Both the position numbers and the translations under genes were made by a program. A DNA stretch of 64,000 nucleotides from Candidatus Bathyarchaeum tardum (GTDB taxonomy: Archaea > Thermoproteota > Bathyarchaeia > Bathyarchaeales > Bathyarchaeaceae), in NCBI GenBank assembly GCA_024650005.2, contig CP122380.1, positions 1,440,001 through 1,504,000 of the forward strand. Direction: 5' to 3'. The notes under the pieces were generated by a model. It saw only the letters and a program-made list of their open reading frames with translations, made no database searches and was not told the origin of the DNA. Numbering within the stretch: position 1 is the stretch's first letter; the number at the start of each line of letters is the position of its first letter. Of the stretch, positions 48,651 through 58,597 are shown piece after piece.

Positions 48651-49420
48651 AACAAGTAATTTTTATTGGAGCAGGTCCCGGAGACCCTGAACTAATTACT
48701 CTTAAGGGTAAAAAGAATCTAGAAAAAGCCGATGTTGTAATCTATGCGGGGTCTTTGTTAAATCTGGAAATTCTTGGTTACGCAAAAAATGATGCAAAAC
48801 TTTACGACAGTGCCAAAATGACCTTGAAGGAAGTTCTTCAGGTTATGGTGGATTCAGTTAAAGAAGGAAAAGTTGTTGCCAGATTACACGATGGCGATCC
48901 AAGTTTTTTTGGGGCAATAACTGAGCAGATGGATTATCTTGATGAACAAAAAATTGAATATGACGTGATTCCCGGAGTAAGCTGTCTGCAAGGTGGATCA
49001 GCAGCCCTTAGAAGAGAATTAACGCTGCCTAACGTTTCTCAGAGTATAATAATTACTAGACCAGAGGGTAGAACCCCGGTTCCTGAACGGGAAAGTATTC
49101 GAGAACTAGCTAAACACGGAACAACCATGGTCATTTTTTTGGGCATACAGCACGTGGAAAAGGTCATTGAAGAATTGAAAATTGGCGGTCGTCCACTAGA
49201 TACTCCAGTTTCAGTTGTGTATCGGGCGACATGGAAACAGCAAAAAATTGTTCGAGGCACCATAGATGACATAGTAAAAAAAGTCAAAGAAGCAGGGATA
49301 ACCAGGACTGCTCTGATTTTTGTTGGTGAAGTGTTTAACCCAAAGGCTTACGATTTTTCGAAGCTGTATGACCCCAAGTTTACTACAGGTTACCGTAAAG
49401 GCGAAGATGATGTTTCCTAG
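48647..49420 (+). CDS. cbiF: Cobalt-precorrin-4 C11-methyltransferase
   Basis: YAGSL, RLHDGDP, ELTLPNVSQ, SKLYD. Confidence 0.95.
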   Translation: MKQVIFIGAGPGDPELITLKGKKNLEKADVVIYAGSLLNLEILGYAKNDAKLYDSAKMTLKEVLQVMVDSVKEGKVVARLHDGDPSFFGAITEQMDYLDEQKIEYDVIPGVSCLQGGSAALRRELTLPNVSQSIIITRPEGRTPVPERESIRELAKHGTTMVIFLGIQHVEKVIEELKIGGRPLDTPVSVVYRATWKQQKIVRGTIDDIVKKVKEAGITRTALIFVGEVFNPKAYDFSKLYDPKFTTGYRKGEDDVS

Positions 49421-50489
49421 GGGCGTAGCAATTTTCGCCATTACTAGGCAAGGGGTTGAAACTGCAGCAAAAATAAGGGATGCCTTAAAAGAAAATGGGA
49501 TAAAAAGCCAAATTTATGCTCCTGAAAGGTATGCTCAAAATGGGGCTGTCCCAATAAAAAGGACAAAAGATGCGATTAAACAAGTTTTCAGCGATGTTGA
49601 CGGAATAGTTGCAGTTATGGCTACAGGTATTGTTGTAAGGACAATTGCTCCGTTGTTGAAAAGTAAACTTAGTGACCCCGCAGTTGTATGTGTAGATACT
49701 TCAGGAAAGTTTGCAATTAGTTTACTGTCTGGACATTACGGTGGAGCTAACAAGTTAACAAAATTAGTTGCTAAGGGTTTGGGGGCAACTGCGGTTATTA
49801 CTACTGCTTCAGATGTTTTGGGTAAACAAAGCATTGATGAACTAGCCAAAAAGTTGCATTGCATCATATTGAATTCACAAAGTTTAGTTGGGGTTAATTC
49901 TGCGTTAGTTAATTCAGAAAATTTGGTTTTGGTTTTGTCAGGAAAGGTTAAGATTCCGTCGAGTCGAATTAGGGACTATAAAGTAAGAACAACAAAAAAC
50001 ATAGACCAAGCAATTGATATCGTGAAAAGTTTTGATGGCGGTGCCATAATTTCAACGGAAATTGTTCCACAAAATAGTTTGAAAAATGTTACTTTCCTGA
50101 AGCCAAAAACAGTAGCTGTTGGTATTGGTTCCCGAAAAGTTGTCAATGAAAAAGACATTGTTGAGTTAGTGACTTGTGCATTAACTCAACTGGAAATTCC
50201 GTTGGAACGTGTTGACAAGTTAGCTACGGTTGACATTAAGAAGGATTCTGAAAGCATGCTAAAAGCAGCCAAGAAGTTGGGGTTGAATCTAGAATTCGTT
50301 AGTATTGATGAGCTTTGCAGGTTTAGTCATGAGGACCTTTCTGTTGATTCACAGTTAGTTAAGGAAAAAATTGGAGTTGGAGGAGTATGCGAACGAGCAG
50401 CGTTGATAGTTGCAGGAAAAAATGCGAAACTATTGCTAAAGAAAACCAAAGCGAAAGGCGTGACCGTGGCAGTAGCCGAGGCCGAATAG
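49407..50489 (+). CDS. cbiG: Cobalt-precorrin-5A hydrolase
   Basis: MATGIVVR, DPAV, LLSGHYGGAN, VITTASD, GVCERAA. Confidence 0.94.
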   Translation: MMFPRGVAIFAITRQGVETAAKIRDALKENGIKSQIYAPERYAQNGAVPIKRTKDAIKQVFSDVDGIVAVMATGIVVRTIAPLLKSKLSDPAVVCVDTSGKFAISLLSGHYGGANKLTKLVAKGLGATAVITTASDVLGKQSIDELAKKLHCIILNSQSLVGVNSALVNSENLVLVLSGKVKIPSSRIRDYKVRTTKNIDQAIDIVKSFDGGAIISTEIVPQNSLKNVTFLKPKTVAVGIGSRKVVNEKDIVELVTCALTQLEIPLERVDKLATVDIKKDSESMLKAAKKLGLNLEFVSIDELCRFSHEDLSVDSQLVKEKIGVGGVCERAALIVAGKNAKLLLKKTKAKGVTVAVAEAE

Positions 50490-51211
50490 CTGTAATTGGC
50501 ATTGGTCCAGGTGCCCTTGAGCATATGACCCTTAAAGCCAAACAAGAAATCGAAAACGCCGACGTTATTGTAGGCTACAAAACGTACGTAAAACTAATTG
50601 AGCAAATCATAAAACCCGACACAGAAGTGTTCAGCGGCAACATGGGACAAGAAGTAGACAGAGCCCGAAAAGCCATCCAAAAAGCCCAAGAAAACAAAAA
50701 AGTAGCAGTTATCAGCAGTGGTGATGCTGGAGTTTATGGAATGGCAGGCGTAGTTTTGGAAACTGCAGCCCATGAAAAAGCAAAAGTTTCCATAGAGGTT
50801 GTTCCGGGGGTAACTGCTGCTACTGCTGCAGCTGCAACATTGGGTGCACCATTGGTAGGAGATTTTGCTGCCATTAGTTTGAGTGATATTTTGACTCCAT
50901 GGGACCTGATTGAGAGGCGATTGCGGGCTGCTGCAGAAGCAGATTTTGGGATTGTTTTGTATAATCCTCAAAGCATGGGACGAAAAATGCCGTTGGAAGA
51001 AGCGCATAAGATATTGTTGGAGTACCGCGACCCAAAGACCCATGTGGGCATAGTAAAGAACGCTAAAAGGGCTGGAGAAAAAGTTACAATTACTTGTTTG
51101 AAAGAAATGATGAACTTTGAAATTGACATGGCGACAATTTTGGTTATTGGAAACTCTAAAACTTACGTAATTGACCATAAACTGGTTACCCCTAGGGGTT
51201 ATAGTTTCTAA
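50387..51211 (+). CDS. cbiH: Cobalt-precorrin-3B C17-methyltransferase (start uncertain)
   Basis: GIGPG, SSGDAGVYGMAG, SLSDILTPW, LYNP, TPRGY. Confidence 0.93.
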   Translation: MRTSSVDSCRKKCETIAKENQSERRDRGSSRGRIAVIGIGPGALEHMTLKAKQEIENADVIVGYKTYVKLIEQIIKPDTEVFSGNMGQEVDRARKAIQKAQENKKVAVISSGDAGVYGMAGVVLETAAHEKAKVSIEVVPGVTAATAAAATLGAPLVGDFAAISLSDILTPWDLIERRLRAAAEADFGIVLYNPQSMGRKMPLEEAHKILLEYRDPKTHVGIVKNAKRAGEKVTITCLKEMMNFEIDMATILVIGNSKTYVIDHKLVTPRGYSF

Positions 51212-51235
51212 ACAAAAAAGGGAAGAAAAAATTCT

Positions 51236-51982
51236 TCATACACTGGAGCGTTTTAGTGCAACCATAGACATTGCAAAGAAGAATCCTGCATAACATAGAA
51301 GGGCAACTATAGAAAGCCAAGGGAAAGCTTGTTGTAAAGTTATTGCTCTTAAAGATTCGCTGGCGTGGGTCAAGGGCAAGAAGTATAGAACGATTTTGAG
51401 GGCTTCAGGAATTTGGGTTAACGAGAAGAAGGTTCCGCTAAGGAAGGTCATAGGTAATAATACTAGGCTGCTGACGGTGCTCATGTCTTGGTGGGATTTT
51501 GCCAAGAAGGAGACAAGGACTCCAAAGAATGAGAAAACAAAGCATGCGAGAACTAAAACTGTCATGAAAGCTAGGTCAATGTGAAGGGTTGGTGAAAGTA
51601 GAAAACCTACCAGTAGAAACGCAGTTGAAGTGAACAAGCCCCGTACTACGCCGATTAGGGCTTTTCCAATTATTATTGAGTATACGCTCACGGGTGACAT
51701 TAGGCATTCGTCAAAGGATCTGAAGAACAAGCGGTCAACGTTTAGTTTTTGTCCTGCACCACCAAAGCTGACCGACATTGAAGTTAATGCAATTATACCC
51801 GGAATAACAAATTCTAGGTAACTGTAGCCGTCAAAGTTGATTCCTTGACCTAATCCAAAGCCAAATGCTACAAGATACAAAAGGGGATTGATTAGGCTAG
51901 TAGAAAGGGTTCGAACCCAACGTCGCCTAAGGACACGCAGGTCCACCCATAAAACAGAATAAATATCGGTTAACATTCTCAT
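51236..51982 (-). CDS. ABC-2 type permease
   Basis: YLEFVIPG, PMTFLSGTFF, LPLTH. Confidence 0.9.
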   Translation of the reverse strand: MRMLTDIYSVLWVDLRVLRRRWVRTLSTSLINPLLYLVAFGFGLGQGINFDGYSYLEFVIPGIIALTSMSVSFGGAGQKLNVDRLFFRSFDECLMSPVSVYSIIIGKALIGVVRGLFTSTAFLLVGFLLSPTLHIDLAFMTVLVLACFVFSFFGVLVSFLAKSHQDMSTVSSLVLLPMTFLSGTFFSLTQIPEALKIVLYFLPLTHASESLRAITLQQAFPWLSIVALLCYAGFFFAMSMVALKRSSV

Positions 51983-51987
51983 TTTTT

Positions 51988-52851
51988 TTAGCCCTCAATT
52001 ACTTTTTGTCCAGTTAATTCAACAAACACATCTTCCAGGTTTGATTCCCGAATGATGATAGTTTTCAAGTTCTGAGGCAACATTTGAACATAGTTTTTTG
52101 CTGCCGTTTCATCAGGAAAATAGTTGTATTGCGCACCTAGGTCTGCATCTAAGGTTTCCACTGCAAACAACCCAAGTTTTTTCCGCAGTTCCAAAGGCTT
52201 ACCAACGGTTACCAGTTTTCCTTGATGAAGGACTCCAACGCGGTTGCATAATGCTTCGGCTTCTTCGATGTAATGGGTTGTAAGAAAGATTGAGGTTCCA
52301 TCACGGTTTAGTTTGCGTATTAGTTCCCAGATTTTGCGGCGGGTTTGGGCGTCTAACCCTACTGTTGGTTCATCCAAAAACAGTATTTTTGGGCGATGAA
52401 TCAAAGCCCGAACAATCATGGCACGTTTTTTTAACCCCCCAGAAAGGGTCATGACCATGCGGTCTGCATATTCAGTTAAGCCAACAAATTCAAGCAATTC
52501 TTCGATACGTTGTTTGCGTTCAGCTCCTCTAATATGGTGCAAACGAGCATGCAGTTCCATGTTTTCCATTACGTTCAAGTCGCGATCCAGACTCATGTGC
52601 TGTTGAGCAATTCCGAATTCTTGTTTTACCTTATTGGATTGTGCTACTACATCAAAACCATTTACAATCGCCCGACCAGAAGTTGGCTTAGTCAAAGTGG
52701 TTAACATACGAATGGTAGTAGTTTTACCAGCACCGTTAGGACCTAAGAACCCAAAGACTTCTCCTGAATGGATGCTCAGATTCAAGTCTCGAACTGCTTT
52801 TACTTTGCCATAGTTTTTTGTTAAATTCTCTGTTACGATTATATCGTTCAC
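51988..52851 (-). CDS. ABC transporter ATPase (NodI-like)
   Basis: GPNGAGKTT, LSGG, LDEPT, NLEDVF. Confidence 0.93.
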   Translation of the reverse strand: MNDIIVTENLTKNYGKVKAVRDLNLSIHSGEVFGFLGPNGAGKTTTIRMLTTLTKPTSGRAIVNGFDVVAQSNKVKQEFGIAQQHMSLDRDLNVMENMELHARLHHIRGAERKQRIEELLEFVGLTEYADRMVMTLSGGLKKRAMIVRALIHRPKILFLDEPTVGLDAQTRRKIWELIRKLNRDGTSIFLTTHYIEEAEALCNRVGVLHQGKLVTVGKPLELRKKLGLFAVETLDADLGAQYNYFPDETAAKNYVQMLPQNLKTIIIRESNLEDVFVELTGQKVIEG

Positions 52852-52879
52852 TAATCAACTACTCCAGTTTGATTCAATC

Positions 52880-53656
52880 CTAAGCTTTTTTCATTCTTGC
52901 AACCCAAGCATCATGCTTTTTTATTGTCTCTGCAACGGCAACTTTGGTTGAAGCACCAATTAATTCCCCCAACTTTGTGTGCCCACCGGTATGCCGAACT
53001 TTTTTGTCAGGATCTGTTCCAGAAACAACAATCATGTTGTCCGTTCCTGTTCCTGTTGCCTGGTTTTGCGGAGAAACAGAGCTTCTGGCGTCCATGTCCT
53101 GAAGGGCAGCAGTTTTTGCTTCGGTACCAGTTATGATGCTTCGGGCAAGGGCACCATCAGTTAATGTAACGTTAGTTAACAAAATGATGTTGATAGTTCC
53201 AAGGGTGGTTAAATATTTTCCATCTTGTTCTATCCAGTTTGCCCCATCCACGCCAGACCGTAAAGCGTTACCTACTCCGCCAGTAGCTAAACAGCAAACA
53301 GTGCGGTCTTTGAAGGATTTTTCACATAATGCTAAATTGTTCATGTTTGCGCCAGTGCTCAAAAAGGTCAAGTCGTCATGGGTTAGTCCCAATAGACCAG
53401 GGAATCTTTCAGCAAAGGCATCATAATCTTTCATGGTGCTTTTTGACAGTTCAAAAGGTTGATAATGATTAGCCACATGGCGTACTTCTCGGTAACCTTC
53501 CAAAGTTGAAATAACGCGACGTTTTTGGTTAAAAGAAACAAGTAAAGTGTTAACGTCAACGTTTTGATAATTATGGTAAAGAACTTCTGCCTTCACATTT
53601 TCTAGGTTTAGCTTGATTTCTTTTCTGTTCATTTTTTCTGCCCCAAATGTTACCAA
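52880..53656 (-). CDS. cbiZ: Adenosylcobinamide amidohydrolase
   Basis: TGGVGNA, GTINIIL, TEAKTAAL, ATGTGTD. Confidence 0.9.
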   Translation of the reverse strand: MVTFGAEKMNRKEIKLNLENVKAEVLYHNYQNVDVNTLLVSFNQKRRVISTLEGYREVRHVANHYQPFELSKSTMKDYDAFAERFPGLLGLTHDDLTFLSTGANMNNLALCEKSFKDRTVCCLATGGVGNALRSGVDGANWIEQDGKYLTTLGTINIILLTNVTLTDGALARSIITGTEAKTAALQDMDARSSVSPQNQATGTGTDNMIVVSGTDPDKKVRHTGGHTKLGELIGASTKVAVAETIKKHDAWVARMKKA

Positions 53657-53718
53657 AGTTTGTTTTTGATTGTTTTAATATTAACTGAGAAGATTATTGT
53701 CTTTTTAGTTTGGGCATG

Positions 53719-54543
53719 TTAAGCTTTTGTCATAATTTTTGGTGGCAGAATGTTTTCAAGATTTACAGTTTCTGATTGTAAAGGTGTAACTTGGGGTTGA
53801 CCAACAATAGATTTTGTTACTTTGGATTTTATTCCGTAAACTGCTTGGATGTTTTCTTCGGTCATCACAGTTTCTGGAGTTCCAACAGCAAAAACTGAGC
53901 CGTCTTTGAGCAACAGCAACCTGTCAGAGTACCTACATGCAAGGTTTAGGTCGTGTATTGAAATGATTACAGAGCAGTGTTTCCGTTCAGCTAAGGTCCT
54001 TAGAATGCATAAGATTTCTAGTTGATGTCGAATATCTAACGAACTTGTTGGTTCATCCAAAAGCAAGATTTCGGGTTGTTGAGCTAAGGCGCGGGCGATG
54101 ATGACTTTTTGTTGTTCGCCACCACTGAGTTCATTAAAGTAGCGCATCCCCAAGTGACCAATACCAAGATAGTCTAAGATTTTAGCAACGATTTCTTTGT
54201 CGTTTCTGCCTAGACTCCATTGAATATATGGTCTTCTGCCCATTAAAACAACATCAAAAACAGTGAAAGGAAAAACATTCTTAGAACTCTGGGGAACATA
54301 ACCCATCACCTTGGCTAATTCTTTGAGTCCAATTTTTGAAACATCTTGGCCATCAATTAGTATCGTGTTTTGTTCAGTTTTTAGGACTCGGTTCATGCAT
54401 TTTAGTAGAGTACTTTTTCCAGAACCATTTGGACCTACAATACCCAATACTTCACCAAATCTTACATTTAGGTTTAATTCGTTTAAGACAGAATTTCCAT
54501 TGTAGCTAAACGATAGATTGTTTATTTCTAGTTTCAACCCCAA
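53719..54543 (-). CDS. btuD: Corrinoid/iron-chelate ABC transporter ATPase
   Basis: GPNGSGKST, YVPQ, LSGGEQQ, LDEPT, HDLNLA. Confidence 0.88.
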   Translation of the reverse strand: MGLKLEINNLSFSYNGNSVLNELNLNVRFGEVLGIVGPNGSGKSTLLKCMNRVLKTEQNTILIDGQDVSKIGLKELAKVMGYVPQSSKNVFPFTVFDVVLMGRRPYIQWSLGRNDKEIVAKILDYLGIGHLGMRYFNELSGGEQQKVIIARALAQQPEILLLDEPTSSLDIRHQLEILCILRTLAERKHCSVIISIHDLNLACRYSDRLLLLKDGSVFAVGTPETVMTEENIQAVYGIKSKVTKSIVGQPQVTPLQSETVNLENILPPKIMTKA

Positions 54544-55610
54544 CTTTGCCTCCTTCTACTTAACAATATGTAAATGAAGAACGGGACACCCAACAGTGAA
54601 GTGATAATTCCAACAGGAAACTCCACAGGGGGCATAACTGTTCGTGCTAATGTATCCGCTGCTAAAAGCAAACAAGCACCAATGCCAGTACAGCAAGGTA
54701 AAAGGAATCTGTGGTCGCTGCCGATTATCATTCTAGCGAGGTGAGGAGAAATCAAGCAGATAAAACCAATGACTCCTGTAAATGATACTATAGTTGATGT
54801 TGCAAGAGTTCCTAAAATCATGGAAAGCAGTAATACTCGTTTAGAGTTAACTCCAAGACTAGTTGCTACATCTTCTCCTAGACTCATGACGTTAAGGTCC
54901 CATGACTGCTTCATCATCAAAAGGATAGAAAACAGCACAATAGGAACAGTAATTATAACACTAGTCCATGACGCTTTTTGGAAAGAACCTAAAAGCCAAA
55001 AAACCACAGCTCGAACTGCTTCGTGTTCGGGAGCCAAGAATTGAATTAATGAAAGTAAAGCAGAAAACAAGAATCCAACTGCTACACCTGCTAAAATTAC
55101 GGTTTCAGAGGAGATTCCCCGTATACGAGCAATACCTAATACTAAAAGCATTGCAAGAAAGCTAAAGAAAAATGCGTTAATAACAGTCACGTAATTGGCA
55201 TATTGTGACAACACGCCCACACCAAATACGATTGATAACGCTGCACCGAATCCTGCTGCTGAAGAAATCCCCAAAATATAAGAAGAAACCAAAGGATTTC
55301 GTAAGACTCCTTGCATTACAGCACCAGAAGCTGCAAGACCAGCTCCAGCAATTATTGCCAATACAATTCTGGGAAGTCTAAGGTCCATAATAATTATCTG
55401 GGTAATTGTTGACTCGAGGCTAAAATCGAAAGATGGAAAAATTTTATGCATAATAACATTGAAAGCTTCATCAAATCCTGGTGATCCCGCACCAAGGCTA
55501 ACTGCAACAACAGCAGTTACAGCTAAAACTACTAAAATACAAATAATTGCAAGAACCTTGCGGCTCCTGCCTTTGGAATAAAGGGTTTCTAATTCGGCAG
55601 CTGTACTCAT
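54534..55610 (-). CDS. btuC: Corrinoid/iron-chelate ABC permease (FecCD family)
   Basis: LRLPR, LRNPL, GEDVATSLG, PHLAR, PVGIITSLLGVPFF. Confidence 0.88.
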   Translation of the reverse strand: MSTAAELETLYSKGRSRKVLAIICILVVLAVTAVVAVSLGAGSPGFDEAFNVIMHKIFPSFDFSLESTITQIIIMDLRLPRIVLAIIAGAGLAASGAVMQGVLRNPLVSSYILGISSAAGFGAALSIVFGVGVLSQYANYVTVINAFFFSFLAMLLVLGIARIRGISSETVILAGVAVGFLFSALLSLIQFLAPEHEAVRAVVFWLLGSFQKASWTSVIITVPIVLFSILLMMKQSWDLNVMSLGEDVATSLGVNSKRVLLLSMILGTLATSTIVSFTGVIGFICLISPHLARMIIGSDHRFLLPCCTGIGACLLLAADTLARTVMPPVEFPVGIITSLLGVPFFIYILLSRRRQSWG

Positions 55611-58597
55611 GGATAAGCATAGACTCCAGGTATGTCAGTTCCAAAGAATTGTTGATTAAGTTCATCAATTACAGTTGCAGGATCAATGTCTTCAAACAGA
55701 GTTGGCTGGCACCATTTTGCCCAGTAAAGATAACCAATGACACATCGTATTCCGCCCCGAGCAACAAAATCGTAAATGTAGACTTGTTCATTTTCGATCG
55801 CAGTTACTCCGCTTAATTCAGGACGGCTGAAGATTTCAGCCCTCATTGCAATAAAATCTGCTTCATCATGTTCAGTGCTACTGATTGCACGGATGATTAT
55901 GTCAGGATTTTGTTCTACCACAAATTCTGCACTTAAGGTTGGGGCGTACTCAGTTTGGTTTTCGGCAATGTTTATTCCTCCTGCTTGATCTAAACCAGGA
56001 GTAACAAAAGTCTGGTAAGGTTGATACCACTCAAGCAAAACTTTAGGCATTTCAGCTTCAGTTAAGTTTTCTAGGCTTTCTTGAACCAAAACATTGTAGT
56101 ATTGTACGTAATCGATGTATTCGTTTGCTGTTTCTTCTTCTCCAACTATTTTGGCGATTGTGCTAACCAATTTACAGGTAAAATCTATTACAGTTTCATT
56201 GGACTCAGCAGAAGGTTCAGGATCGGAAGGGTCAGCAATGAAAACAGTTAGACCCGCAGCTAAGAGTTGGTCGTAAAGTTCTGTATTATAAGGCAGCATT
56301 GCATCAGCAAATAGTACGTCGGGTTCTAGTTCAAGTATCAACTCCACATTAGGCATATAAGAGTTGTCAGCAACAACAGGTATGTCCAAAACAGAAGGAG
56401 GCAGAGTAGAGCTTTTGTCACGACCTACGATGATGTTTTCGCATCCGAGGGCAGACAGAATTTCAGTTAACCCAGAATTGATGCTTACTACACGTTCCAC
56501 AGGCAGATTAAGGGTCATTTCTGTATCGTTGCCATCTACAACTGTAACAATTTCGGGGTAAGCATAAACATCGTCAATATCTTCTCCAAAGAATTGTTGA
56601 ATCATTTCTTCATGTATTGCACCGGGGTCAATGTCTGCAAACAGGCTAGGATTAAACCATTTCGCCCAATATAGCAATCCAATGGGGTATCGTAGTCCTT
56701 GAAAAACTACAGAACCATAAATGTAAACGCGATCTTCTGAAACTGCAGTTGTTCCGCTTAATCCTGAACGGGAAAGTAGTTCTGCGCGTAGACTTTGAAT
56801 TCCAGTGAAGTTACTTCCGGAGCTTGCCATTCGAATTATTACATCAGGGTCTTGTTCGGTTACAAATTCGGGACTTAATGTGGGAGAAGAATCATCTGAA
56901 TTCCCAGAAGCAATGTTTATTCCCCCCGCCTTAAGGATAATTTCATGACTGGAACTGCCTTCAGCAAAACTTAGCCATTCGTTGTTCCATTCAATGTAAA
57001 CTTTAGGTTTCTCGCTTTCTTCTAGAGTTTCTGTACGGTCAATAACTAGGTTTTCGTATTGTTCCATGAAATCAATTATGCTTTCTGCGTTTTCGGAGTT
57101 TTGTAAGATGTTACCAAAGTATGTAACCATTTCAGGCAATCGGGTAAAATTGCTAGAGGATTCCATGATAACAGGTATACCTGCGTTTCGAATTGTTTCT
57201 AGTTCTTCGGTTTTATAGGATAACATGGTATCAGCAATCAACAAATCAGGGTTTAATTCTAGAATCATTTCGAGATTTGGAGTGTATGAAGTTCCACCAA
57301 CTACAGTTGCATCCAAAATAGATTCAGGGAAAAGAGAGTTTTCATCTCTTCCAACTATGCGGTCGTCGCCACCTAGGGCACACAAAAGTTCAGTTAATCC
57401 AGGGTTCATACAAACTATTGTTTCCACAGGAAGAGTGAGTTCAACTTGATTTCCTTTTGCGTCCACAATCAAAAGGGTTTCAGGTACACTAGGTTCAGTT
57501 GGTTCAGTAGGTTCTACGATTTCTTCCGGGTAAACAAACACCCCAGAAACGCTTGCGCCAAAGAATGTTTGAACATATTCTTGATGTATTACAGCAGGAT
57601 TGATGTCTTCGAAAAGGGTGGGATGAAACCATTTTGCCAGATACAATAAACCAATTGGTCGTCTTCCAACTAAAGCGGTGTTTTTGATGATATATACGTC
57701 TTCATTTTGTACTGCAATTGTGTCTTCTAATCCGACACGATTCATAAGACCCTCATGTAAAGCTTGAAAATCATCTAGTGTTTCTCCGTCGTAGAAAGTT
57801 AACATTCGAACAATCATGTCAGGGTTGGATTCTGCAACAAACTCGGCACTTACATCCATGGATGAAACTGGCTGGTCACCGGCGATGTTAATTGCTCCAG
57901 CGGTGATAATCATCTCTGTGTATGAGCCGTTGGCTCCACTGCTGTACCAATCTTTGTACCATTCAAAGTACACTGTAGGTTTTTCTGCATCGGTCAAATT
58001 TGCGACCCGGTCTTTGATAAGGTCTTCATAGTAGGCCTCAAATTCAAGAAAGTTGTTAGCTTCGTCTTGTGCATCTAAAATCAAGCCAAGATTCTGAAGG
58101 TAAGTTTCTCGTCGGGGATAAGTAGAACTTTCTTCAAGAACTGCAACTCCTGCGGCTTCAAGAGCTGCTCTGTTTTCGTCAGATAGTCTTTGGCTGGCAA
58201 TTACCAGATCGGGTTCAAGTTCCAGAATTAACTCCAAATTTGCAGTGGAATCAGTATCTCCAACAATAGGTAAATCCACAACAGATTGGGGAAGAATTGC
58301 TTCTTCATCAGTAGTTAGTTTTACACGTCCCACAATTTTGTCTTGACAACCTAAAGCACTAATGAACTCAGCACCAATCATCGCAACTATACGATTGACA
58401 GGCTTTGTTATTGTTACTTCAGTGTCACTTACATCAACAACGGTAACTGTCACGGGTTCAGGTTCATTATACTCAGGCGTTGGTTCAGTTCCTGAAAAAA
58501 AGTGACTGTAAGCGCCATAAGAGCTGCCAATAATCACTACTATAAGTATTGCACCTAAGATAATTTGTCTATTTTTTGTGTTTACAAATCTACTCAT
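55607..58597 (-). CDS. btuF: Membrane-anchored substrate-binding protein with three tandem BtuF-like domains (996 aa)
   Basis: N-terminal TM; three repeats each with NxExILELxPD, AGxINIA, EFVxExxPD, AKWxxPxLFxDI and VxxYP. Confidence 0.88.
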   Translation of the reverse strand: MSRFVNTKNRQIILGAILIVVIIGSSYGAYSHFFSGTEPTPEYNEPEPVTVTVVDVSDTEVTITKPVNRIVAMIGAEFISALGCQDKIVGRVKLTTDEEAILPQSVVDLPIVGDTDSTANLELILELEPDLVIASQRLSDENRAALEAAGVAVLEESSTYPRRETYLQNLGLILDAQDEANNFLEFEAYYEDLIKDRVANLTDAEKPTVYFEWYKDWYSSGANGSYTEMIITAGAINIAGDQPVSSMDVSAEFVAESNPDMIVRMLTFYDGETLDDFQALHEGLMNRVGLEDTIAVQNEDVYIIKNTALVGRRPIGLLYLAKWFHPTLFEDINPAVIHQEYVQTFFGASVSGVFVYPEEIVEPTEPTEPSVPETLLIVDAKGNQVELTLPVETIVCMNPGLTELLCALGGDDRIVGRDENSLFPESILDATVVGGTSYTPNLEMILELNPDLLIADTMLSYKTEELETIRNAGIPVIMESSSNFTRLPEMVTYFGNILQNSENAESIIDFMEQYENLVIDRTETLEESEKPKVYIEWNNEWLSFAEGSSSHEIILKAGGINIASGNSDDSSPTLSPEFVTEQDPDVIIRMASSGSNFTGIQSLRAELLSRSGLSGTTAVSEDRVYIYGSVVFQGLRYPIGLLYWAKWFNPSLFADIDPGAIHEEMIQQFFGEDIDDVYAYPEIVTVVDGNDTEMTLNLPVERVVSINSGLTEILSALGCENIIVGRDKSSTLPPSVLDIPVVADNSYMPNVELILELEPDVLFADAMLPYNTELYDQLLAAGLTVFIADPSDPEPSAESNETVIDFTCKLVSTIAKIVGEEETANEYIDYVQYYNVLVQESLENLTEAEMPKVLLEWYQPYQTFVTPGLDQAGGINIAENQTEYAPTLSAEFVVEQNPDIIIRAISSTEHDEADFIAMRAEIFSRPELSGVTAIENEQVYIYDFVARGGIRCVIGYLYWAKWCQPTLFEDIDPATVIDELNQQFFGTDIPGVYAYP

